Below, one piece after another: positions 43,883-53,346 of a stretch of 64,000 bases of DNA. Numbering within the stretch: position 1 is the first letter of the stretch; every line of letters starts with the position of its first letter. The stretch spans positions 124,001 to 188,000 of the forward strand of contig BAAIJX010000029.1 in the NCBI GenBank assembly GCA_054600435.1, written 5' to 3'. Source of the stretch: Neophaeotheca triangularis. Taxonomy: Eukaryota. The notes under the pieces were generated by a model that was not told the DNA's origin, ran no database searches, and saw only the letters and a program-made list of their open reading frames with translations. The position numbers and the translations under genes were made by a program.

Positions 43883-46800
43883 TTTTTTTTTGGGGGGTTG
43901 TCTTTGCCGTTGCGGTTGAGGTTGGAGGAAGGGAGGAGCTTGGGTTAGACCGTTGCTGGACGGTGCGTGGGCTCGAGAATGCAATTTCTGGGTTCGCCGG
44001 CGTGGGCTTGGGGGGGTTTTTTTTTTTTTTTTTGGGGGGGGGATGAATGCATGGATGGACGATAAGATGAGATGACATGCGTGGACGGCCTTTCCCCCTC
44101 CCCCTTTTCCCTTTTCTCTTGCCTTGTTTCTGAAACTTCCCGCGCTTGACGATATACCACCCACCTGTTATTTTACTTCACCGCGTACCCTTTTGCTGAA
44201 AGCCGGAAAAAAAAAAGTCCAGTCCCTCTTTCCCGGACTTTCTTCTTCTTCTTCTTCCTACAGCTCTCACTCTTACTCTTACCAACCGTCGGAGCTCGCG
44301 AGCCCAGCCGGCCACGCAAATACACTACACCCGCTTCTTTAGAGCCCTCTTACCGCCGGCTGTGGAGGTTTCTTACTTGGAAAGTTCGGGGGAGGGGGAT
44401 GCAGGGGCGGTGGCGATGGCGGTGATGGCGGTGGTGGTGGTGGCTCGTCGGTCGTGCTTGGTTGCTGTGGTTGGTTGATCAGTAAGCAGCATTGGTTTGA
44501 TAGAGTGATTTGGGTTGCGTGAACGGCGTGGTGGACGAGGTTCAGTTGGGGGCGGGGGGGACTCTTTAGCTTGCGCTCGGGGCTGTGGATCAGCTATTCC
44601 TTGTACCGGGGGTTCGCAGGCGAGGGGTTGATAGGGTGGGGGTTAAAGCGTCGAGCTGGGCTCTTGGCTGAGGGGTGGTGGCAGGGAGAGGTGGTCTGGG
44701 TCGAACGTAGCCTTGAAGGTACAGCACCGTCGTCGGTGGTCTGCGGAGATTGGGAGCTGGTCGCACGACAGGCAGAGCGGCATTCTTCCTTCCAGTCAAT
44801 CCAACAACGACGGCATTTGCTCTAAGCAGGCTGCTGCGCTGGGTCTCGACAGAATGACGACCGGGACCTTGGAGCCGTTCGGTTCGCCAACGCGGATTGT
44901 GCTGTCGCCTGGGCAACTCGCACACGCGGGGCGAACGGGGAGCTGGACCGGTGCAGTAGTGACAGCAGCAAGTCGGCTCAGCGCGAAAGGGGGCTTCGAT
45001 CCCCTCGACGACGGCGACGACTGACACCAGCGCCGTCACGAGCTACAGGGCAGCGACTCGCTTTTAACAGCAGGAACGACGGACGACTCGACGAACAGAA
45101 CCCGCCCGTCTACTTGGCTTTCGTGCCACCAGCAAACCGCTAGCGCTAAGTCTCGTCGCCCCTGACGACAGCAGCGCCAATGCACTTCCAACGGCGCTTA
45201 CGATCAGGGTCGTCTCCGATCCCCCGGGCGACGGCGGCGCTCTTGCAGACGGCTACCCTCGTCGTCAGCCAGCTAGTCAGGGTGCGAGCTTTTAGTGCCG
45301 ATAGACCGTCCCCATAATGGCGACTTCGGTCTCGATCGGTGCGCTAGCTTAGTCGTCTTCACGGTTCGGCGTGGTTGTGAAGAAGGCTGCTTCGGCTGTA
45401 CCGGCGGGTCGGGTATGCTGACTTTGGCGGATGAGGCCGGCGAGCGACGGCGTGGGGTGTGCGTGGTGGGCTGGGCTGGGTAGGATAGGGATGGGATGGG
45501 ATGGGTTGGGTTTGAGTGACGTGGGTTTAGCCGTCAGGGGGAAGCTAGCATGATGGGCAAGCTCTTACTTGCACGTGGCCGTGCGGTGTTGGGGAGCCGT
45601 GAGGACTTACCGGTGGGATGGATGAGGGAGGAGTGTGTGGATTGTTGCTGTTTAGCGACGAATTGAGGGGTCAATGGGAGGGCTTGCTGGTTTTTGGAGG
45701 TGCTGCATGCCACTGTGAGGGTTGCTAGGTTTGGGGACTGTGGTGTCTGAGTTGTCTGAGGGGCGAAGGGGGGGAGAGACTGCGGAGCCCGTCGATCTGG
45801 ACGATCGGTGACTACCCGACGCTGACCGCGGTGCGTCTGAGTGGTCAAACACAGCGATTCGCCCAATGTGCCAGCGACGCCAGCAGCAGGGCCTGCCGAC
45901 TCGGGACTCATGAGATGCTCTCGTCGAAACCGCGCCGACGGGCTCGACAACGTACCTCGTCTCGTCGCCAAACTCGATAGCGGCGCAAGGGGTTCGCCGA
46001 GCCCCTGACGAGGTTCGTCGAAATGCACACTGCCGCTACAGAGTTCACACCATCGGCGCAAAAGTCCGTTCCCCAGTCGACGGATTGGAGCGACGCCTGG
46101 GCGACGACGGAAGCTGATTCGATCGGTTGCTGGAGTTTTGGGAAGGGCCCGTCGCGCTGCTGCATTCGATGGCTTGCGGATCTAAGGGCTACTTACCTGC
46201 TGCGTTGGCGTTGCTTTGGCGTCGATGGAGCGGCCGGAGCTAGTATTAAATGGCCTGAGGAGGCAAGCGCGTCGCGGGCGATGTCGATACAACCGCATTC
46301 AGAAGTGTATGAGGGCAGCCATGTCCGGCCTCGTCGTCCCGGGCGCGCTGATGTGCTACGCGAGATTCAGCTCGTCAATGGTGATGAAGATTGCGTACAG
46401 GCCTGAAAGGCTGCTGGAAAGGAACGACGAGCTGCGAGCGCCGAGAACCGACGAGCGTCCCAGTCGGAGCGCTATCACGATCGAGTCGCTGGCAGAACTT
46501 TTGGGGAAAGACGAGAATAGCCAGTGGTCGCTAAAAGAGCAGCTTGAACTTTGGCCCAGCAAAAGAGACGCAGTTTTCGGTGACGTTTCTTAATTTTGGC
46601 TCAACAAGGAACTATTCGAGCATGCGAGTTTGGGAGAAGGTGGCGGAGCGGATGTCCGTCACCGGTTCGTTGGGAAGAGGTCACGTTTAGAGTCGACAAG
46701 GTGCGTTATTAGCTCGCCCAGTTCATCAGGGCGGCGCGAGTGTTGCTGCAAGTATTGTGGGAGCGGGAAGCTTTGCTGTAGATTTACGTTATTGACTAGA

Positions 46801-49053
46801 TGGACAGCACAGCGTCTAGTTTAGCAGCAGGACCGGAGTCTGTAAGCCTGTTCGCGAAGATTCGTTGCATCTGTGGCGGTGGCTGGCATGCCTATGCACC
46901 TCATTGATGCTGATGCCCGGAGAGTGCTATGGAGGCTGGACGAGTTGAGGCAGGCACGGTTGCCTTACGAAGGAGCTCGTTGGCCAACCAGGAGATGAAG
47001 TGTTTCAGACTGCTGGCGACGTCGACAGCAAATCGTCGAGCTAGCGGCCTTCACACGGGAGAGGTTTGCGACGACGGCATAATCATCAGTCTACCGACGC
47101 AGCTTCCGCAGAGTAGCTGCTACCAGAGCCTCTCGCATCTCGGACGTGTTCAGAACTGGGCCGACGTTACTTGCTCAGCAAATCATCACTTCACCGATGG
47201 GGGCATGAAGACCGAGCAAGGCCTTGAAAGGCTTGAGGTGGGATCGCAGGAGCTTGCAAGAAATCGGAAAGCAGGTTGTTATTGTTGTTTGACGATACTC
47301 CGACATGGCCGAACAAGGACGCGACTCGCAACGATGGTGTTGCATCAGTGGCCCCGCCGTCGTTCGTCCAGGCGTTGGGCCACGTAACATGTTTACCCAC
47401 CTGTTCGTACATAGCTTGGAGGCTGGGAGGGTTCTACAAACGGTTTGCGAACGCTTTCCCGGTCGACGGAAGGAATGTGTTTAGTGAAGTCAATGCACAA
47501 CGAGGCCCCTGCTTTCCCTTGCCACCTTCGCAGCGAAGGACAGACATCCACGAGAATGGCTTGAATGGTTGTTTTTGCCAGCGGGACGGTGCAACGCGGC
47601 CGCCGAGCTGTTCCATGCGTGCAGTGTTGGTCGATGGTGAAGTCTTCAGCATCGCCCTTCTGTACGTCGGGCGAAAGGGTTGTTGAGGATGCAGTACCTC
47701 GGACGACGCTAGGACGGTTGACAAGTGGAGCCGCAAAAGGCTGAGATGGGGCTTGTAGTCGCTAGTGGGTGAGGAATCACGGAGACGGAACTGCCCTGCT
47801 GTCGTTTGGTGTCGATGTTAGTCGGTTCCCCCTTGCGCAAGCGTTCTGCGTGCGGGTAATGTTTCTAGGTCCTTGCCAAGATGTGCTGTAGGTATGTTTT
47901 AATAGGTATGTACTGTAGTAGGAGGTAGGGTCGCAGTTGTTCGGACCGTCTGCGGGACGGTGAGCTAGAAAGGGCTGCATTCCATGCCAAGTGGAGGTGC
48001 TTGTGGTCGTGTCATATCATGTTCGCACTAGGTACTGCCCAGTCGAACTGGTTTGACACGAGAAACAGGGACGATGGTGGCTTACAACAGAGGAGTGAAA
48101 TCACACTGAAAAAGACTGTGTGTTGTGTTGTGTGGTGGTGGTGGTACTAACACCTACCTCATAGTATGTTCTTGAAGACGCCAAGATCTTCTGTTTTCTG
48201 CACCCGGGCCTGTAGAGACGCAATCGTCACCCTTTCCCCCAATCAACATCAACATCAACACACCTCACCTCACGTATCGACGGCCTCCAACAGTGTCAGC
48301 CGAAGCCCCGTGTCTCGGGACATTCGTCAGAAAAGTGAACACGGATTAAGGTACGGACCTAACTGGCTTGACTCGTCAAAGTTCGACGTTAGGGCCGCTC
48401 CCGTTCATCTCCGCCAGGTACCGTTTCCCGACTCCACTCGCCGCTAACCTTCGCTGCTCCGAAAGCTACGTGCTCCCTTAGCTTCACCTACATTCACCTA
48501 CCTCGCCTTACTACTACTCTATCCTCACGCCATCTGCATCAATCTGTGCTCTCTGTCACTATTCTCTGCATGTTTTCATCTCGACAGTCTCAACACTAAA
48601 ATCCCAAGCGCGCACTGCTGCATGATACCTTGCTAGACCGGCGGATCTATCCTCCTTGATCGACCCTAGCCTGTCGCCGTAAACCTTCGTTCCCCAGCCC
48701 CGAGGCTTCGAGTCCTCTGCTATCTGGCGGACATGGTAGGGCATGTGGCATTAGGTACTCATCGTCACGAAAGTGCAAATCGGTACGCCTGCGCCTTGCA
48801 GAAGTGCTTCCGCATCTCTGGCCGAATGGTCTTCTCGAACGAGCCTCAACGTGATGTGGACTGGACGTGCTTAGATCTTCTCGCGCATGACCGTCGCCGA
48901 GAGTAGTATCGAGTCGTTGACGATGCTACGTTCCAAGGTATAAGTTGTCCTCCATCTTCCTCTTTCCTGCATCTCTCCCTTTTTGCACAGGATTCCATCT
49001 TGAACGGCCTCTCCTTACCAAGTGCGATCCCTCGCACAGCCACTCGCTCGACA

Positions 49054-51336
49054 ATGCCTTCCCTTGTCTCTCTTTCGAGCCTCATCCTGGCGATGGGCTC
49101 TACTGGTTTGGCTCAGTACACTCTCGTCGACGACTACTTTGATGGAAACTTCTTCGACAAGTTCACCTTCTGGGAGGCGTCAGACCCAACCAACGGCTTT
49201 GTCGACTACCAGAGCCGCGAAGATAGTCAGGCGGCTGGCTTGATCGAGAGCTCGCCTGGCAACATCTTCATGGGCGCCGACAGCACCAACGTCACACCCG
49301 GTGGTCGTCCTGCTGTTCGAATCGAAAGCAACGCCGTCTACGACAACGGTTTGATCATCATCGACGTCGACCACATGCCATGGGGCTGCGGTACCTGGCC
49401 TGCGTTCTGGACGTATGGTCCTGTCTGGCCCGATGCGGGAGAGCTCGACATCATTGAGGGTGTCAACGAACAAGAGTCCAACAGTGCAACTCTGCACACT
49501 ACGGCCACCTGCACCATCGAAGACAACGGCCTTTTCACCGGCCAACTCGACACCGACAACTGCGATATCAACGCGCCCGACCAAGCGCAAAACGCTGGGT
49601 GCTCGATTGGCTTCTTCGAAGACAACTCGTACGGTGACGAGTTCAACCAAAACGGTGGTGGTATCTACGCGACCGAGTGGACCGACGACTACATCAGCGT
49701 CTGGTTCTTCCCTCGTGGCGATATCCCGTACGACGTCATCGGCGAAAGCCCAGATCCATCCACCTGGGGACAGCCGCAAGCGAGGTTCGAAGGCAACTGT
49801 GACATCCCTGACAAGATCTACCAGCAAAAGCTCGTCTTCACCAACACATTTTGCGGTGACTGGGCCGGTAACGTCTGGCCTACCAGCTCTTGCGCCTCTC
49901 GTGCCGACACTTGCCAATCCTTTGTCGAGAACAACCCCGAGGCCTTCGAGAACGCTTTCTGGTCTGTCAACGCTCTGCGAGTCTACCAGAACGAAAATGG
50001 CGAAGTGTCGACACCGACTGTGCCCGCTGGACCCACCAGCACCACTGTCGAGGAATCCGTCACCACGATTGTCCCTGAGCCGACCACCTCGACCATTGTT
50101 GAAAACCCAACGACAACCGAAGTCACCGAAATTCCTCCACCGCTCACCACGTCGACCATCATCGATGCTCCCACCACGACAGAGGTCACGGAGCTTCCAC
50201 CGCCTCTCACCACGTCAACTGAGGTCTCGACCATCGCGCCCGTTCCAACTTCCACGACCTCCACTGCTGAAGAGCCGACGACTGCCCTCCCGAGCACAAC
50301 CTCGACCGAAGTTGTCGAGCCCCTGCCAACCACAACCACAACCAGCAGCGAGGTCATCGAGCCCACAGTCCCATCGCTGATAACCTCGCAACCCCCCCTG
50401 GTGACCTCGCAACCCCCCCTGGTAACCTCTCAACCCCCCCTCGTAACCTCCATCCCCCCAATCCCCGGTCTCGAAACCACCACTTCCTCGGAACCCATTG
50501 ACCTCCCTCCGACAACCTCCATCCTCCCCATCTCATCAACCACCACGACCTCCGCTCCCTCGACCCTCCAAACCACCACTCTCGCCCCCCAGCCCACCAA
50601 ATACCCCCACGGCGAAATCCCCTGGTGGCGCTGGGGCGGCCGCCGCAAGCACGGCCACCACGACGGCATCGTCTTCGGCCAGGGCCGCCGCAACTGGGGC
50701 TGGCGCTTCCACAACAGCCACGGCTGGCGCAAATTCTTCGGCCGCCCGGGCTCAGGCGGTTTCGGGAAATGGTGGGGCAAGCAGCCGCCCGCGAGCGCCA
50801 GCGCCACCGTCGGTCCCGTCCCTTTGCCCTCGCAGCCCGCCGGCGTGGAAACGCTGGTCTCGGTCTCGACAACTCTTGCGCCGCCCACGACTGTCGAGAC
50901 TGCGCCCGCCACCACAGACGCCGTCGAGCCCACGCTTGCTCCGACTAGCGCCATCGAGCAACCGGAGCCGGCGCCGGTCCCCACTGCGCCCGCTGCTGGC
51001 GATGGTGTCGACTGGGATGCCGTCGACTGGGATGCCGTGGACTGGAGCGCCGTCGACTGGAACGCTATCGACTGGAGCGCCGTCGACTGGGACAGCGTGG
51101 ATTGGGATTCCGTCGACTGGAGCTCGGTCGACTGGGACAATGTCGACTGGAGCAGTGTGAACTGGGATAATGTCGACTGGGACTCTGTCAATTGGGACAA
51201 TGTCGACTGGGATGCTGTGGATTGGGATGGCGTGGATTGGGATGCGGTGGATTGGGATTCGGTGGATTGGGAGTCGGTGGATTATTCCAAGAGGAAGAGG
51301 GCTGAGGTTATGGAGAAGAGGGCTGCTATGGCTTGA
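49054..51336 (+). CDS. Secreted GH16 endo-1,3(4)-beta-glucanase with a Thr/Pro linker, a cationic Trp-rich segment and a C-terminal DW pentapeptide repeat
   Basis: Signal peptide; FFDKFTF...DPTNGFVDY, HMPWGCGTWPAFW, catalytic GELDIIEGVN, GGIYATEW, TFCGDWAG and FENAFWSVNALRVY. Confidence 0.93.
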   Translation: MPSLVSLSSLILAMGSTGLAQYTLVDDYFDGNFFDKFTFWEASDPTNGFVDYQSREDSQAAGLIESSPGNIFMGADSTNVTPGGRPAVRIESNAVYDNGLIIIDVDHMPWGCGTWPAFWTYGPVWPDAGELDIIEGVNEQESNSATLHTTATCTIEDNGLFTGQLDTDNCDINAPDQAQNAGCSIGFFEDNSYGDEFNQNGGGIYATEWTDDYISVWFFPRGDIPYDVIGESPDPSTWGQPQARFEGNCDIPDKIYQQKLVFTNTFCGDWAGNVWPTSSCASRADTCQSFVENNPEAFENAFWSVNALRVYQNENGEVSTPTVPAGPTSTTVEESVTTIVPEPTTSTIVENPTTTEVTEIPPPLTTSTIIDAPTTTEVTELPPPLTTSTEVSTIAPVPTSTTSTAEEPTTALPSTTSTEVVEPLPTTTTTSSEVIEPTVPSLITSQPPLVTSQPPLVTSQPPLVTSIPPIPGLETTTSSEPIDLPPTTSILPISSTTTTSAPSTLQTTTLAPQPTKYPHGEIPWWRWGGRRKHGHHDGIVFGQGRRNWGWRFHNSHGWRKFFGRPGSGGFGKWWGKQPPASASATVGPVPLPSQPAGVETLVSVSTTLAPPTTVETAPATTDAVEPTLAPTSAIEQPEPAPVPTAPAAGDGVDWDAVDWDAVDWSAVDWNAIDWSAVDWDSVDWDSVDWSSVDWDNVDWSSVNWDNVDWDSVNWDNVDWDAVDWDGVDWDAVDWDSVDWESVDYSKRKRAEVMEKRAAMA
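51007..51288 (+). repeat. 15-bp coding tandem repeat, 19 units, encoding (V/I)(D/N)W-x-x
   Basis: GTCGACTGGGATGCC-type units translating to VDWDA VDWDA VDWSA ... VDWES VDYS. Confidence 0.95.
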
Positions 51337-52434
51337 TGTGGCGGTGGTTGGGTGGTTGAGTGATTGATCGATTGATTTGTTGGGTGGTGTTGTTGGTATA
51401 AGATGAGTGTTACTTTTTTATGAGACTAGATTGATGATATATATCTCTTTGATTTTTATGGACTTCTTCTTCACTACGGTTCGATGTATGTGATTGGGTG
51501 TGCAATGGCCTTGTTTCACTTGAGCTCTCGAACTATGTTGAGGGACTTCACTACTACGGGACCAATCGTGCTGTGCTGGATAAGAACGTTTTGAAAAGTT
51601 TGGATATGCTCCGTCGGCTACGTAGGCATGTACTAGACGTTGGCACCATGCTATACTGCAAAGTAGTGGCTGGCTGTGTATGGGCTGAGCGAAGATCGAC
51701 ACCATACATACCCCATGCAGATCTATCGGACTGGTGCTGCAAGTCTTGGTTGAACCCAGCCTCAGCCTCGCGCCGTCCGAAACCCCATGGGAAAGACACC
51801 GCGCCTAGAAACCGTAACGTTGCGCGTAAGATTGTCTTGTCCAAAGAACACGAGCCTTTGCCAGATCACCAGGGGCGAGTAACGATGACGGTGCCGGGGT
51901 TGTTGTTGGTAGACCTCCGAATGGACAGGTCGATAGGATCTACGAAGCGATCGTCGAAACGCGAATTGGTGGAGGTGCCGTCATCCAACCTGTTCCTCGA
52001 CTCGGCAATGCGCTTGCGGTAGCAAACGCCCTGTTTGTGTTCGTGGAATTTGCAGCTATCGGCGGCTGGGATGAGGGATGGGAGGGTGTTGTTTCTGTTG
52101 CAGCCTGGCACGTTTCAGGTGTCCACCGCCGCTCGAAGTAAGTCGCGCAAGAAGGAAGGTCGGGTGGGTGTCATCGTCGACATGCCGGTGTCCTCCGTGG
52201 GCGGTTGCAGCGTGAACATGGATGAGAGGCTTGCGTGCCGTGGAGCTTTCAACTGTCTGCATCGGTGCGCCAACAGAGGCGACGCAGCAAAGGGGCCTCA
52301 CCGAGGCTTTTCCACGCTCTCACGTTCAGTCGCCGCATGCGTAGGATCGTGTACAAGGAGCATGCAAGTTGGTGGGGTTCTAGGAACCGCGGGTTGACCT
52401 ATTTCGCATACCTGCTACCAAGACTACCTGCTCT

Positions 52435-53178
52435 TCAACCAATATCCATAGCATCCGGATCCGGATCCACCTCTCCACTATATCCCGAGCCATACCCATG
52501 AGCAGTCTCCGTCCCCTGCTCCAAATCACCCTGCTCGTACTTCCTCTCCATATCCTCCTGCCTAGCCTCCTGCAGTGCCTTCTCCCTCGCCCTCTGCCTA
52601 GACTCTAGTATAGCCCTCATAACGCTGCTGCTACCCCCGTCCGTAGTCAAAGACTTTGGCACCTTATACAGCACCAGCTGCTGATCTTCATGATCACCAT
52701 CGACCGCGCTGTTGCCCCGCAGGACATGGTTGGGGATCTTGCTGAGTTTTTTCTCAATGTCGGGTAAGAAGATGAGCTTCTCTCGCTCTTCGCTGGCTTC
52801 GATATCGGCGAGCTCCTCGTCGAGATTGTGGACATAGACGCGGTCGCGCGTTTCGTCTACTTGCATGAGTTCTTCATCTTGCTGGGTAACTCGGGCCGTG
52901 GCCTCGGTGGCTGGCGTAGTAGCTTGGGGAGAGCGGACGGGGATGTAGTAGGCGCTGCTGTTTCCATTGGTGTTTGGTACGCCGCCTGTTGATCAGGGAT
53001 CAGTATACAGACCTCGCAAGCAACGTTGGCAGATGATAGCATTACCAATATTGAGCAGGTTGAAGCGTTTGGTGAAGCGCTGATCATCGTTCAATAGGGA
53101 GTCGTCGGCTGGCCGCTTGGTCCCTCTCTGCTGGCCCTCCCTTTCCCCAGACCTCACCTCTTCCTGATGAGTCTGCAT
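52435..53178 (-). CDS. Fungal hypothetical protein, likely conserved, 2 exons (intron about 52986-53045)
   Basis: A GT...CTGAT...CAG intron joins KRPADD...QRFTKRFNLLNI to MQVDETRDRVYVHNLDEEL...LIFLPDIEK...LVLYKVPKSL. Confidence 0.75.
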
Positions 53179-53346
53179 CTCCCATAACTCAATCAACAGT
53201 ATCTTGCCTTACTGCTCAAAACCACATGCTCGCTGAAGGACAATAATAATCACCATCAACAAAAACTTTCACAGCTCAGCTCCACTTTCTCGTGACTTTC
53301 TTCCCCCCCCCAAAGACAGCCGTAACCGGGCGAGAAAGTGAAGTGG

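Noticed and set aside
44100..48950. Many 60-175 aa ORFs in the long gap between the epimerase and GH16 genes
   Set aside because: No protein motifs, no consistent codon bias and no coherent exon structure.
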